Assembly: GCA_049521875.1 (NCBI GenBank)
Contig: JBEKOK010000011.1
Coordinates: forward strand, 1 to 44,237
DNA length: 44,237 bases
Direction: 5' to 3'
From: Steroidobacteraceae bacterium
GTDB taxonomy: Bacteria > Pseudomonadota > Gammaproteobacteria > Steroidobacterales > Steroidobacteraceae
Part shown: positions 9,011 through 19,539 of the stretch, in pieces
How the letters are laid out: every line of letters begins with the position of its first letter
How positions within the stretch are numbered: position 1 is the stretch's first letter
Position numbers and translations under genes: made by a program
Notes under the pieces: model-generated
Databases searched by the model: none
The model's input: the letters and a program-made list of their open reading frames with translations, nothing else
Told to the model about the DNA's origin: nothing

Positions 9011-11088
9011 AGCCGGCCGCCGCGGCTGGTACGGAGACGGCGCGCGGGCCGTTCCCGGCCGCGCTCGGCGCGCGCCTGGCGCGCCTGGGCGTGCTCCTGC
9101 CCCAGGATCTGCTGTTCCTGCTGCCGCTGCGCTATGAAGATCGCACCCGGCTGTGGCCGATCGGCACCGTCATGCCGGGAGCCGCGGTGCAGGTCGAGGG
9201 TGAAGTGCTGCTGGCGGAAATCGTCTTTCGCCGGCGGCGGCAGCTGCTGGTGCGCATCGCCGATGGCTCCGGCTCGCTGACGCTGCGCTTCTTTCATTTT
9301 TCCAACGCACAGCGCGAAGGGCTTGCGCGTGGCACGCGCATCCGCTGCCACGGCGAGGTGCGCCGCGGCCCGTTGGGTCCCGAGATCATCCATCCCGAGT
9401 ACCGCCGCCTCGATGCGACGGCCGAGCCCCTCGCGCAGACGCTGACGCCGGTGTACCCGGCGACCGAGGGGCTGACCCAGGGGCGGCTGCGTGCGCTGGT
9501 CCAGCGCGCGCTCTCGGAGCTGGCGCGTGAAGCGCCGATCGAATACCTGCCGACGGCACTGCTCAAGTCCTTTAAGTTTCCCTCGCTGCCGGCCGCGATT
9601 GAATTCGTCCACCAGCCGCCGCTCGGCACTGATCCGCTCGAGCTGGCGGCTGCACGCCACCCGGCGCAGCGGCGGCTCGCCTTCGAGGAGCTGCTGGCGC
9701 ACCAGCTCTCATTAATGGAACTGCGCCGCGCGACGCGCCATGAACGGGCGCGATCGCTCGAGGATCCGGCGCAGCTGCAGCGGCGGCTGCTGAACGCGCT
9801 GCCGTTCGCATTGACCGGCGCGCAGCAGCGCGTCCTCGCGGAACTGGATACCGACCTGCTGGCCGCGCAGCCGATGGCGCGCCTGGTGCAGGGCGATGTC
9901 GGCTGCGGCAAGACCGTGGTCGCCGCGATCGCCGCGGCGCGCGCACTCGGCAGCGGCGCCCAGGTGGCAATGATGGCGCCCACCGAGTTGCTCGCCGAGC
10001 AGCATGCGCGCTCGCTGCTGCACTGGTTCGATCCGCTGGGTGTGCGCGTGCAGCTGCTCAATGGCTCGCTCGGCGCGCGCGCGCGCCGCGCCGCGCTGGC
10101 CGCGGTCGCCTCCGGAGAAGCCGGCATGGTCGTCGGCACGCATGCGCTGTTCCAGCAAAGCGTGGAGTTCCGCTCGCTCGCGCTGGTGATCATCGATGAG
10201 CAGCACCGCTTCGGCGTGCAGCAGCGGCTGGCGCTGCGCGAGAAAGGGGCGAGCGAGGGCTACATGGCCCACCAGCTGATCATGACGGCGACGCCTATTC
10301 CGCGCACGCTGGCGATGACGGCCTATGCGGATCTCGACGTGTCGGTGATCGATGAACTACCCCCCGGGCGCACCCCGATACGCACCGTGGTCGTGCCCGC
10401 TGAGCGGCGCGCCGAGGTGGTGATGCGCGTGGAGGAGGCCTGCCGCGGGGGGCGGCAATGTTACTGGGTCTGTGCGCTGATCGAGGAGTCCGAAGAACTG
10501 GAGTGTCAGGCGGCCGAGGAGATGGCCGCCGCCTTGAGCGCTGCGTTGCCGAACGTGCGGGTGGGTCTGATCCACGGGCGCCTGCCGGCGGCCGAGAAGG
10601 ACGCGCTGATGCAGCGCTTCGCGGCGAATGATCTGCAGCTGCTGGTCGCGACGACGGTCATTGAGGTCGGCGTGGATGTGCCCAATGCCACGGTGATGGT
10701 GATCGATGATGCCGAGCGGATGGGTCTCGCGCAGCTGCACCAGCTGCGGGGGCGCGTCGGACGCGGCGCGCATGAGAGCACCTGTGTGCTGCTGTACCGG
10801 ACGCCGCTGTCGGAGATGGCGCGTGCGCGCCTGGCCGCGATCCGCGAGACCAACGATGGCTTTGAGATCGCGCGCCGTGATCTGAAGCTGCGCGGCCCCG
10901 GCGAGCTGCTGGGCACGCGTCAGACCGGGCTGGCGCAACTGAAGGTCGCCGACCTGGTGCGCGATGCGGATCTGCTCGATGGCGTGCGCGCCACGGCGAC
11001 GCAGCTGCTCAGGGAGCAGCCGCAGCACGTGGCGCCATTGGTGCGGCGCTGGATAGGCAGCGGGGAGCAGTATGGCCGCATCGGCTGA
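8989..11088 (+). CDS. recG: ATP-dependent DNA helicase RecG
   Basis: Motifs: [13 protein letters not shown] wedge-domain N-terminus, [23 protein letters not shown] and QLRGRVGRG. The track ORF (from 8509) runs through ridA and spoT, so that N-terminal extension is spurious. The true start is uncertain: GTG at 8989 or CTG at 9007. Both lie inside the ridA 3' end and give about 693-699 aa, matching E. coli RecG. Confidence 0.9.
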   Translation: MHTVARLKPAAAAGTETARGPFPAALGARLARLGVLLPQDLLFLLPLRYEDRTRLWPIGTVMPGAAVQVEGEVLLAEIVFRRRRQLLVRIADGSGSLTLRFFHFSNAQREGLARGTRIRCHGEVRRGPLGPEIIHPEYRRLDATAEPLAQTLTPVYPATEGLTQGRLRALVQRALSELAREAPIEYLPTALLKSFKFPSLPAAIEFVHQPPLGTDPLELAAARHPAQRRLAFEELLAHQLSLMELRRATRHERARSLEDPAQLQRRLLNALPFALTGAQQRVLAELDTDLLAAQPMARLVQGDVGCGKTVVAAIAAARALGSGAQVAMMAPTELLAEQHARSLLHWFDPLGVRVQLLNGSLGARARRAALAAVASGEAGMVVGTHALFQQSVEFRSLALVIIDEQHRFGVQQRLALREKGASEGYMAHQLIMTATPIPRTLAMTAYADLDVSVIDELPPGRTPIRTVVVPAERRAEVVMRVEEACRGGRQCYWVCALIEESEELECQAAEEMAAALSAALPNVRVGLIHGRLPAAEKDALMQRFAANDLQLLVATTVIEVGVDVPNATVMVIDDAERMGLAQLHQLRGRVGRGAHESTCVLLYRTPLSEMARARLAAIRETNDGFEIARRDLKLRGPGELLGTRQTGLAQLKVADLVRDADLLDGVRATATQLLREQPQHVAPLVRRWIGSGEQYGRIG

Positions 11089-11995
11089 AGGCACCGCGCT
11101 GCTCACGCAGCAGCGGCTGCGCCGCCTGGCCTGGTATGGCTGGCGCCCGCTCGAATACGCCCGGCTGATGCGTCTTGATCGGCCGATCGGCATCTGGCTG
11201 CTGCTGTGGCCGACGCTGTGGGCGCTGTGGACCGCCTCGGCCGGTCACCCGCGCTGGAGTCTGGTGCTGATTTTCATCGCCGGCACCGTGCTGATGCGCT
11301 CGGCCGGCTGTGTCGTCAATGACCTGGCTGATCGCAACATCGATCCCCAGGTGCGCCGCACGCGTGATCGGCCGCTGGCCGCGCGCCGCGTATCACCGTA
11401 CGAAGCGCTGGTATTGTTCCTGGTGCTGCTCGCACTCTCGTTCGTGCTGGTGCTGCAGTTGGATCGGGACACCGTGCGGCTGGCGTGCTTCGGCGCGGCG
11501 ATTACCGTGACCTATCCGCTATTCAAACGCTTCTTCCCGATCCCGCAGCTGTATCTCGGCCTGTGCTTTGGCTGGGGCGTACCGATGGCCTTCGCGGCGG
11601 TCCTGGGCCGCGTGCCGCGCGTGGGCTGGCTGATGCTGCTGGCGGCAGTGCTGTGGGCCGGCATCTACGACACCTTCTATGCGATGGTGGATCGGGCCGA
11701 TGACCAGAAGATCGGCGTGCGCTCGAGCGCGATCGCCTTTGGCGATCTGGACCTGCTGCTGATCGGGGGCATGCAGGCCCTGATGCTGTTCGCGCTGCTG
11801 CTGATCGGCCGTTCGCTCGAGCTCGGCATCTGGTACTGGCTCGGGCTGCTGCTGGCGGCCGCTGGCTTTGCCTGGCAGCAGCACCTGGCCCGCGACCGGG
11901 AACCGGCAGCCTGCTTCAAGGCCTTCCTGAATAATCACTATGTCGGCATGGCAATCTTCGTCGGGCTGGTGCTCGCCCTAAGCCGGCATCGCTAA
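11072..11995 (+). CDS. ubiA: 4-hydroxybenzoate polyprenyltransferase
   Basis: 307-aa polytopic ORF with the UbiA prenyltransferase motif NDLADRNIDPQVRRTRDRPLA and a second Asp-rich region (YAMVDRADD). It overlaps the recG 3' end by 17 nt. Confidence 0.9.
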   Translation: MAASAEGTALLTQQRLRRLAWYGWRPLEYARLMRLDRPIGIWLLLWPTLWALWTASAGHPRWSLVLIFIAGTVLMRSAGCVVNDLADRNIDPQVRRTRDRPLAARRVSPYEALVLFLVLLALSFVLVLQLDRDTVRLACFGAAITVTYPLFKRFFPIPQLYLGLCFGWGVPMAFAAVLGRVPRVGWLMLLAAVLWAGIYDTFYAMVDRADDQKIGVRSSAIAFGDLDLLLIGGMQALMLFALLLIGRSLELGIWYWLGLLLAAAGFAWQQHLARDREPAACFKAFLNNHYVGMAIFVGLVLALSRHR

Positions 11996-12059
11996 CGACG
12001 GTCACAGGGATGCGCCCCGCCGTTGATCTTCGCGAAGCCCAGTACGGGAGTGGCGCGCC

Positions 12060-13166
12060 ATGCTGACGCTCAAAACGCTGCGCCACTACGCGATCGCACG
12101 CTCGCTGTTTGCGCCGACCACACTGCAGAGTGCGATCGACCGGCTGGGTTTTGTGCAGGCCGATCCGATCCGCGCGCCGGCGCGTGCCCAGGATCTGATC
12201 CTGCGCCAGCGCGTACGCGGTTACTGCGCGGGGGATCTCGAGCAGCATTACCCGAAGCTTGCGGTCGAGGAAGATTACTTCGTCAATTATGGTTTCCTCG
12301 CGCCTACGCATCTGCAGCTGATGCACCCGCGCGTCCCGCGCCATCCAACCACAGCTGCGACGCGACGCAAGATGCAGGAACTGCTGCGCTTCGCCGCCGA
12401 ACGCGGTGAAGTGCATCCGCGCGCCGCCAACGCGCATTTCCAGCACGGCCGCGTCAGCAATTACTGGGGCGGCGCCTCGAGCGCGACGACGTTGCTGCTC
12501 GATCGCATGCACTATCAGGGTCTGCTGCGCGTCGCGCGCCGGGATGAGGGCATCCGGATCTACGCGCCGCGCCCGCAGTCGGCCGCGCTGGCCGAGGCGC
12601 CAGAGCGCCAGGCCGAAGCGTTGCTGCGTCTGGCGGTCCGGCTCTATGCACCGCTGCCGGCCGCGAGCCTCGGCTACCTCACCAGCATGCTCGCGCACGC
12701 GGCGCCGCAGTTGTACCGCCATGTCAGAGGCGTGCAGCGGGCGGCCGAGAAAGCGCTCGCGCATGGCCGGGTCGCCGGCACGACCTGGTACTGGCCGGCG
12801 GATGAAGTGCCGCACGAGTACTCGCTGGACCAGCGCGCCCGCGTGCGGCTGCTCGCCCCTTTTGATCCGGTCGTCTGGGACCGGCGACGCTTCGAGCAGT
12901 TCTGGGGCTGGGCCTATCGCTTCGAGGCCTACACGCCCAAACCCAAGCGCAAGCTCGGCTACTACGCCTTGCCACTGCTGTGGCATGAGCGGGTCATCGG
13001 CTGGGGCAACCTGAGCGTCAAAGCCGACCGGCTGGTGGCCGGGATCGGTTACCGCACGCACGCTCCGCGCGGAGCGCTGTTCCAGCGCGAGCTTGCGGCC
13101 GAGATCGCGCGCACCGCAAAGTTTCTTGGCATCGCGCCCTCACGCGTCGAGCTCCTCAGCACCTAA
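12060..13166 (+). CDS. ycaQ: YcaQ/AlkZ-family winged-helix protein (putative interstrand-crosslink DNA glycosylase)
   Basis: 368-aa ORF. [20 protein letters not shown] and the C-terminal [42 protein letters not shown] closely parallel E. coli YcaQ ([42 protein letters not shown], recalled from memory). Confidence 0.8.
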   Translation: [368 protein letters not shown]

Positions 13167-13181
13167 ACGCGGATCCGGCCC

Positions 13182-13871
13182 TCAGTGAGCGGCGCTCTGC
13201 ACCAGCTGGCGGAAGGCACGCTCGCCGCGCGGACTAAAGCGCACGATGCGCGAGCGCCTTTCGCGCTTCGCCCACCCGAGTTCGTCCACTCGCCGCAGCA
13301 ACGCCGCGCCCAGTGCACCGGCCAGGTGGTGGCGTCGCTCGCTCCAGTCAAGGCAGGCGCGGCACAACAGGCGGCGGCCGGTATCGACTTCGAGTGCCTC
13401 GATGCCGGCACGCTTGAACCACGTGGCGCCGCGAGCTCCCAGCTGCAGCGTCTGCGCGCCCGCCTTGAGCACGCCATGACGCGTGAGCTCCTCGAAGGCC
13501 CACACACCGAGCGCCCCGGCCAGGTGGTCATAGCAGATGCGCGCGTGGCGCAGCGCCGGTTCGCGCGGACTTGCGATCAGGCGCACGGCGCCCGTGCGGA
13601 AGGCAACGCCCATCAGCGATTCGAGCAACCGCGCGACATCCTCATCGGCGAGCCGGAAATAGCGGTGACGGCCCTGCTGCTCCACGGCCACCAGAGCGGC
13701 ATCGAGGAGCTTGGCCAGGTGAGCGCTCATGGTCTGCTTGGTCACGCCCGCGATCGAGGCCAGTTCACTGGCGGTCAATGCCCGATCGCTCATCAGCGCG
13801 GTGAGTGCATCAGAGCGCGCCGGATCGCCCAGCAGCGCCGCGACGCGCGCGATATGGGGGCCGTCTTTCAT
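13182..13871 (-). CDS. ArsR/SmtB-family HTH transcriptional regulator with a C-terminal extension
   Basis: Winged HTH: IARVAALLGDPARSDALTALMSDRALTASELASIAGVTKQTMSAHLAKLLDAALVAVEQQGRHRYFRL. I chose the start at the ATG at 13871 (MKDGPH); the track ORF reaches 13934. It is divergent from the NIPSNAP gene. Confidence 0.8.
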   Translation of the reverse strand: MKDGPHIARVAALLGDPARSDALTALMSDRALTASELASIAGVTKQTMSAHLAKLLDAALVAVEQQGRHRYFRLADEDVARLLESLMGVAFRTGAVRLIASPREPALRHARICYDHLAGALGVWAFEELTRHGVLKAGAQTLQLGARGATWFKRAGIEALEVDTGRRLLCRACLDWSERRHHLAGALGAALLRRVDELGWAKRERRSRIVRFSPRGERAFRQLVQSAAH

Positions 13872-13954
13872 AGTTCGACGGTAGACGAACCTTCGTCGCC
13901 AGGCAAGCGCGTAGCATCGGGTCCCTGATCCCACGCCGCCCCAAGGAGCGCCCG

Positions 13955-14284
13955 ATGAGCATCACCTGCCTGATTCGCTACCAGATCGACCCCCATCAGC
14001 GCGCGGCCTTCAGAACCTACGCCGAGAACTGGCAGCAGATCATTCCGCGCCTGGGAGGGCAGCTGATCGGTTACTTCCTGCCGCACGAGGGTACGAATGA
14101 TGTGGCCTGGGCGCTGATCGGCTTCGATTCGCTGGCCGCGTATGAATCCTACCGCTCCCGGCTTCGCCAGGATGAAGCGGCACGCGACAACTTCGCCACC
14201 GCTGAGAGCTTGCAGCTGATCCTGCGCGAGGAACGCACGTTCCTCGCGCCGGTTGTCAGCCATGGCGCCGAGCGTGCGGCGTGA
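13955..14284 (+). CDS. NIPSNAP-family protein
   Basis: 109-aa [70 protein letters not shown]. This matches the typical single-domain bacterial NIPSNAP pattern. Confidence 0.7.
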   Translation: MSITCLIRYQIDPHQRAAFRTYAENWQQIIPRLGGQLIGYFLPHEGTNDVAWALIGFDSLAAYESYRSRLRQDEAARDNFATAESLQLILREERTFLAPVVSHGAERAA

Positions 14285-14625
14285 TCGCGGTGATCTTCGA
14301 AGCGGTGGTTCATCCCGGCCAGCAGCAGGCCTATCTGGATGCCGCTGCCGCGCTGCGCCCGCATCTGCTCGAGCAGCCGGGCTTCATCTCAATCGAGCGC
14401 TTCACGAGTCTTGCCGATCCCGCCCGGCTGCTGTCGCTGTCGTTCTGGGCCGATGAAGCTTCAGTAAGAGGCTGGCGTTGTTTCGAGGCGCACCGCGCGA
14501 TCCAGCGTGTCGGGCGCGAGCGCGTATTTTCCGACTACCGGCTGCGGGTGGCCGGCGTGATGCGCGATTATGGCAAGAGCGACCGGGCACAGGCCCCGGC
14601 GGACTCCGAACTCATTGGGCTTTGA
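14281..14625 (+). CDS. Antibiotic-biosynthesis-monooxygenase (ABM) domain protein
   Basis: 114-aa ORF with a GTG start that overlaps the previous stop codon (GTGA). The sequence [40 protein letters not shown]...[16 protein letters not shown] fits the ABM/ferredoxin-like fold pattern. Confidence 0.7.
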   Translation: MIAVIFEAVVHPGQQQAYLDAAAALRPHLLEQPGFISIERFTSLADPARLLSLSFWADEASVRGWRCFEAHRAIQRVGRERVFSDYRLRVAGVMRDYGKSDRAQAPADSELIGL

Positions 14626-14715
14626 AGGATTCGCGGTTCGCCAACAACCGTACGGCTTGAGACACCGAGCGCGCCAGCCGCGCCCATCCCGCCTGCCAGC
14701 GCAGGCTCCCAGCTG

Positions 14716-14748
14716 CTGTCGACCTATTTGGCTCCAGCAGGTTGACAG
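14716..14748. promoter_or_regulatory. Putative BirA operator (bioO) upstream of bioB
   Basis: Inverted repeat CTGTCGACC-N15-GGTTGACAG with 8 of 9 positions complementary. It fits the proteobacterial BirA half-site pattern TGTnnACC/GGTnnACA with a 14-15 nt spacer. It lies 78 nt upstream of the bioB ATG. Confidence 0.5.
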
Positions 14749-14825
14749 CGTTCCGCGCGCGCCGGAACATCCGCTCAGTGCCTGCGCCCCGGCCGATCCT
14801 GGCCTTCAAGTCAGCGAGACCGTTC

Positions 14826-15869
14826 ATGAACGCCATGCCTCAACCTTCCGCCCCGACGGCACGCCACAACTGGACGCTTGCCGAAGCCGAGCAACTGTTT
14901 GCACTGCCTTTCACGACGCTGCTGTTCGAGGCCCAGCGCACGCACCAGGCCTGTCACGACCCGGCCACGGTGCAGATGAGCACGCTGCTGTCGATCAAGA
15001 CCGGCGCCTGTCCTGAAGATTGCGCCTACTGCCCGCAAAGCATCCGCTATGACACCGGCGTCGAAGTCGAGGGCCTGATGCCGCTCGAGCAGGTGCTGGA
15101 GCGGGCGCGCGCTGCGCGCGCTGCCGGAGCCACGCGCTTCTGCATGGGCGCAGCGTACCGCTCGCCCAAGCGCCGCGAGCTCGAGCAGATCGCAACGATG
15201 GTGCGCGAGGTCAGTGCACTCGGGCTCGAGACCTGCGCGACGCTCGGCATGCTGAGCGCAGAGCAGGCCCAGCTGCTCAAGAGCGCGGGCCTCGACTACT
15301 ACAACCACAACCTCGACAGTTCGGCTGAGTTCTACGAGCGCATCATCACGACACGCAGCTACCAGGATCGGCTCGACACGCTGACCGCCGTGCGCGACGC
15401 GGGCCTGCGTGTGTGCTGCGGCGGCATCGTCGGCATGGGCGAGTCGGTGCGCGATCGTGCCCAGATGCTGGTAACACTTTCTAACCTGCCCGAGCATCCC
15501 GAGAGCGTGCCGATCAACCAGCTGGTGGCGGTACCCGGCACCCCGCTCGCCAACGCGGCAGCAACGGACCCATTCGATTTCGTGCGGACGATTGCGGTGG
15601 CACGCATCATGATGCCGCACGCGCAGGTGCGGCTCTCGGCCGGTCGCGAGCAGATGAGCGATGAACTGCAGGCGCTCGCCTTCGTCGCCGGTGCCAACTC
15701 GATCTTCTACGGCGAGAAACTGTTGACCACCGGCAATCCCGACGTCGCGCGCGATCAGGCGCTGCTGCGTCGACTGGGGCTGCGGCCCGAGGGTGCGATG
15801 CACGCCGAACTGAGCGTGGCTGAGGCCTGCGAGCGCAGCACCGAGGCTGCCCCCACCGCCAGCCACTGA
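14826..15869 (+). CDS. bioB: Biotin synthase (radical SAM)
   Basis: Motifs: [11 protein letters not shown] (CxxxCxxC), YNHNLD and [11 protein letters not shown] chose the start at the ATG at 14826 (MNAMPQPS). The track start at 14742 lies inside the putative operator. Confidence 0.95.
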   Translation: MNAMPQPSAPTARHNWTLAEAEQLFALPFTTLLFEAQRTHQACHDPATVQMSTLLSIKTGACPEDCAYCPQSIRYDTGVEVEGLMPLEQVLERARAARAAGATRFCMGAAYRSPKRRELEQIATMVREVSALGLETCATLGMLSAEQAQLLKSAGLDYYNHNLDSSAEFYERIITTRSYQDRLDTLTAVRDAGLRVCCGGIVGMGESVRDRAQMLVTLSNLPEHPESVPINQLVAVPGTPLANAAATDPFDFVRTIAVARIMMPHAQVRLSAGREQMSDELQALAFVAGANSIFYGEKLLTTGNPDVARDQALLRRLGLRPEGAMHAELSVAEACERSTEAAPTASH

Positions 15870-15922
15870 GGTGGGTCGTGGCCTTAGCGGGCCAGTGCCT
15901 CATGGGGTCTTAAGGGTCAAGC

Positions 15923-17119
15923 ATGCGTCGGGACCAGGCAGCAATCGATCAGGCACTCAGCGCGCTTGATACTCAGGCGCGGCGGCGCCAGCGATCACTC
16001 ATCGAAGCCTATCCGGTGCCCGGTAATGGCACCCGCGTGCGGGTCGCAGGCCGTGCGCTCATTAATTTTTGCAGCAATGATTATCTCGGGCTCGCCCAGC
16101 ACCCGGCGCTGGTAGAGGCGCAATGTGCCGCGGCCCGGGAATTCGGTGCGGGCAGTGGCGCGGCCCACCTGATCAGCGGCCACTCGCTCCCCCACCAGCG
16201 GCTCGAGGCGGAGCTGGCCGATTTCACCGGACGCGAGCGGGCACTGCTGTTCTCGACCGGATACATGGCCAACCTCGGCGTGCTCAGTGCACTGGCCCAG
16301 CGCGGCGAAGTGCTGCTCGAGGATCGGCTCAATCATGCCTCGCTGATCGATGGTGCGACCTTGAGCGGCGCGCGGCTGGTGCGCTATGCGCACGCGGATG
16401 CGCAGGCAGCCGCGGCCCGCGTGCAGGATTTTCCCGAGACCAGCCTGATCGCCAGTGATGGCGTGTTCAGCATGGATGGGGATCTGGCGCCGGTGCGCGA
16501 GCTCGCCGCACTGGCCCGGCAGCAGCACGCGTGGCTCTTGATCGATGATGCCCACGGGCTCGGTGTGCTTGGCGAACACGGCGGCGGCGTGCTCGAGCTT
16601 GCGGGCTTGAGTTCGCTCGATGTGCCGCTGCTGGTCGGCACGCTCGGCAAAGCCTTTGGCAGCTTTGGTGCCTTCGTGGCCGGCGATGCGGCGCTGATCG
16701 ACTACCTGCTGCAGCGCGCACGCAGCTACATCTACACCACGGCGCTGCCGCCCGCGGTGGCCGCGGCCAGCAGCGCAGCGCTCGCGCTCGCCCGCAGCGA
16801 GGGCTGGCGGCGCACGCGACTGGCGGCGCACATCGAGCGCTTCCGCACCGGTGCCGCGCAGCTGGGGTTTGCGCTCGGCGCCTCCGCGACGCCGATCCAG
16901 CCGCTGCTGGTCGGCGAAGCGGGCGCAGCAGTCGCGCTCAGCGCGGCGCTGCGCGCCGCAGGCTTCTGGGTAGCCGCGATCCGGCCACCGACGGTACCCG
17001 CCGGCAGCGCACGGCTGCGGATTACGCTCTCGGCGGCGCACGAGGAGGCCGACATCGACGCCTTGCTGGGCGCGCTGGCTGATCTGAGAGCGCAGCCAGC
17101 CCGTGGTGCACACGCATGA
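15923..17119 (+). CDS. bioF: 8-amino-7-oxononanoate synthase
   Basis: 398-aa PLP-dependent acyltransferase with NDYLGL, SGHSLPHQRLE, FSMDGD, DDAHG and GTLGKAFGSFGA (PLP lysine). It sits in the bio operon. Confidence 0.9.
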   Translation: MRRDQAAIDQALSALDTQARRRQRSLIEAYPVPGNGTRVRVAGRALINFCSNDYLGLAQHPALVEAQCAAAREFGAGSGAAHLISGHSLPHQRLEAELADFTGRERALLFSTGYMANLGVLSALAQRGEVLLEDRLNHASLIDGATLSGARLVRYAHADAQAAAARVQDFPETSLIASDGVFSMDGDLAPVRELAALARQQHAWLLIDDAHGLGVLGEHGGGVLELAGLSSLDVPLLVGTLGKAFGSFGAFVAGDAALIDYLLQRARSYIYTTALPPAVAAASSAALALARSEGWRRTRLAAHIERFRTGAAQLGFALGASATPIQPLLVGEAGAAVALSAALRAAGFWVAAIRPPTVPAGSARLRITLSAAHEEADIDALLGALADLRAQPARGAHA

Positions 17120-17904
17120 GATTGTGCATTGAGCGCACCGGCACAGGCCCGCCGCTGGTGCTCTGGCACGGCTGGGGCCTGAACCTGCGCGTCTTTGATG
17201 AACTGCGCGATCAACTCGCCAGCGACTTTGAAGTCGTTGCCGTCGATCTGCCCGGGCACGGTGCCAGCGAGTGGATAGCGGGAATGGATGGCGAGGCGCA
17301 GCTGAGCGCGCTGCTGCAAAGCCTGCCCGAGGGCGCGGCGCTGCTGGGCTGGTCGCTCGGTGGGCAGTTCGCAATGCGCGCGGCGCTGCAGGCGCCGTCA
17401 AGGATAAAGCAGCTGGTCCTGATGGCGACGACGCCGCGGTTTACGACGGCGCCCGACTGGCCGCACGGTCTCGATGCAGCGGTGCTCGGCGAGTTTGCGC
17501 TGCGCCTGCAGACAGATTGGGGCGGCACGGTGCACGACTTTCTCGAGCTGCAAGTCCGTGGTGGTGCCGGCTGGGTCAGCGCTCTCGCAGCGCTCCAGGC
17601 TGCGCTGGCCGCCCATGGCCGCGGTAATCCTTGCGCGCTCGCTGCCGGGCTCGATTTGCTGGCGAAGAACGATCTGCGCTCACAACTGGCATCCCTCGCG
17701 ACGCCGACGCTGGTGGTGTGCGGCGAGCGTGATCGCATCACTCCGGCGGCAGCCAGCCGCGCGCTGGCGCAGGCACTGCCGAATGCACGATTGCACAGCT
17801 TTGCGCGTGCGGCGCACACGCCGTTCCTGACCGATCCGGCGGCGGTGGCCAGGGCGGTACGAGAATTCCTGGATCCTGCGAGCCTGCGGCAGGGCGTGGC
17901 GTGA
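17116..17904 (+). CDS. bioH: Pimeloyl-[ACP] methyl ester carboxylesterase (alpha/beta hydrolase)
   Basis: 262-aa ORF with an HGWG oxyanion region and the GWSLGG nucleophile elbow, and a C-terminal AAHTPF (catalytic His). Its ATG overlaps the bioF stop codon (ATGA). Confidence 0.8.
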   Translation: MRLCIERTGTGPPLVLWHGWGLNLRVFDELRDQLASDFEVVAVDLPGHGASEWIAGMDGEAQLSALLQSLPEGAALLGWSLGGQFAMRAALQAPSRIKQLVLMATTPRFTTAPDWPHGLDAAVLGEFALRLQTDWGGTVHDFLELQVRGGAGWVSALAALQAALAAHGRGNPCALAAGLDLLAKNDLRSQLASLATPTLVVCGERDRITPAAASRALAQALPNARLHSFARAAHTPFLTDPAAVARAVREFLDPASLRQGVA

Positions 17905-18785
17905 GTGTGCCCGCGCCATTCCGGCTCGATCGGCGCGCGCTCGCGCGCGCCTTTGATCGGGCCAGCGACCAGTACGATGCGCACGCGCAGCTGCAGCGCC
18001 AGGTGCGCGAGGAACTGCTCGCGCGACTGCCGTTCTTCATACTCGCGCCGCAGCGCATCCTCGATCTGGGCTGCGGGACCGGCGAAGGCGCCGCGGTATT
18101 GCGGCGGCAATTCAGGCGCGCCGACACCGTCGCGCTTGATCTGGCCCCCGGCATGCTGCTGCAGGCGCGGCGGCGCAGCCGGCTGTGGCGCCGCTTCGCA
18201 CGGGTGTGCGCCGATGCCGCCGCGTTGCCGCTCGCCAGCGCCAGCGTCGATCTGGTATTCAGCTCGCTGATGCTGCAATGGTGCGAGCAGCCCCAGCTCG
18301 TGTTCGCGGAAATTTGCCGCGTGCTGCGCCCCGGCGGACTGCTGCTGTTCAGCACGCTCGGGCCGCAGACGCTCGAGGAGCTGCGTGGCGCGTGGCGCGC
18401 GGTGGATCAGGCCCCGCACGTCAGTGAATTCGTCGATCTGCCGCAGCTATCGGTCGCGATGGGCGTGGCGGGTCTCGCTGAACCGGTGCTCGATACCGAT
18501 CAGATCGTGCGCCACTATCGGGACGCGCTCGCGCTGATGCAGGAGCTCAAAGGCCTCGGTGCGCGCAATGCGGCCAGCGACCGCCGCCGCGGATTGACAG
18601 GGCGCGCGGCGCTGCGCGCGGTGACTGCAGCTTATGAGGAGATGCGAACTACGATGGGCATTCCAGCCACCTTTGAGATCATCTACGGCGCGGCCTTCGC
18701 CGGCGCACCGCCGGTTCAAGCCGATAGCGGCGAAGCGCTCGTGCCCGTAAGTGCAGTGCGCCGCGCGCGCCGGGTGGCGCCTTGA
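17901..18785 (+). CDS. bioC: Malonyl-[ACP] O-methyltransferase
   Basis: 294-aa ORF with SAM motif I (ILDLGCGTG) and VFSSLMLQW. Its GTG start overlaps the bioH stop codon (GTGA). It sits between bioH and bioD. Confidence 0.85.
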   Translation: MSVPAPFRLDRRALARAFDRASDQYDAHAQLQRQVREELLARLPFFILAPQRILDLGCGTGEGAAVLRRQFRRADTVALDLAPGMLLQARRRSRLWRRFARVCADAAALPLASASVDLVFSSLMLQWCEQPQLVFAEICRVLRPGGLLLFSTLGPQTLEELRGAWRAVDQAPHVSEFVDLPQLSVAMGVAGLAEPVLDTDQIVRHYRDALALMQELKGLGARNAASDRRRGLTGRAALRAVTAAYEEMRTTMGIPATFEIIYGAAFAGAPPVQADSGEALVPVSAVRRARRVAP

Positions 18786-19465
18786 AACCGTGCGGAGTCT
18801 TCATCGCCGGAACCGATACCGCGGTCGGTAAGACCCGAATCAGCGCCGGCTTGCTGGGGGCGCTCCGGGCCCGCGGCTTGCGGGTTGCCGGCATGAAGCC
18901 GGTGGCTGCGGGTGCGATCCGACAAGATGGGCGCCTGATCAGCGCAGATGCCGTCATTTTAGCCGACAATTCGCAGCAAGATACGCCATACGAATGGCTG
19001 AACCCCTATGCCCTGGAACTGGCTGAATCCCCCCATCTGGGCGCTGACGAGTCGGGCATACAGATTGACCTGGCGGTGATTCGTCGCGCCTATGCCCTGC
19101 TCGCGGCCCGGCATGAATGGGTCGTCGTGGAGGGTGCGGGCGGGTGGTTCAGTCCGATCGGAGCGAACACGACGATGGCTGACATTGCGCTAGCGCTCGA
19201 GCTGCCGGTGCTGCTGGTCGTCGGCCTGCGCCTGGGGTGCCTGAATCACGCGCTGCTCACGGCGGGGGCCATCCGCGCCAGCGGCTTGAAGCTCGCGGGC
19301 TGGATTGGCAGCACGCTGCAGCATCCCTGGTCGGCGGCGAGCGGGAACGTCGAGGCCTTGACCGCGCGCCTCGGCATGGCGCCACTGGCCGTGTTGCCAT
19401 GGTCTGAAAGTACCGCCGCCGATCAACCGCGACTCGCACCGGCCGCGGCTGCGCTGCTGGCGTAA
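18782..19465 (+). CDS. bioD: Dethiobiotin synthetase
   Basis: 227-aa ORF with VFIAGTDTAVGKT (P-loop), KPVAAG and VVEGAGGW. Its TTG start overlaps the bioC stop codon (TTGA). Confidence 0.9.
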   Translation: MKPCGVFIAGTDTAVGKTRISAGLLGALRARGLRVAGMKPVAAGAIRQDGRLISADAVILADNSQQDTPYEWLNPYALELAESPHLGADESGIQIDLAVIRRAYALLAARHEWVVVEGAGGWFSPIGANTTMADIALALELPVLLVVGLRLGCLNHALLTAGAIRASGLKLAGWIGSTLQHPWSAASGNVEALTARLGMAPLAVLPWSESTAADQPRLAPAAAALLA

Positions 19466-19509
19466 TGCGCCGCACGGCGAGCGCGCCGGCCAGAAGTTAA
19501 GTCTTTGAG

Positions 19510-19539
19510 TTGCCATAAAAAACTCTGATCCGTTATGAT
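19510..19539 (+). promoter_or_regulatory. Candidate sigma70-type promoter for the oxidase cluster
   Basis: TTGCCA (19510-19515), an 18-nt spacer, then TATGAT (19534-19539). This sits in the only AT-rich patch of the bioD-DUF2244 intergenic region, about 70 nt upstream of the 19608 ATG. The call rests on pattern match only. Confidence 0.35.
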
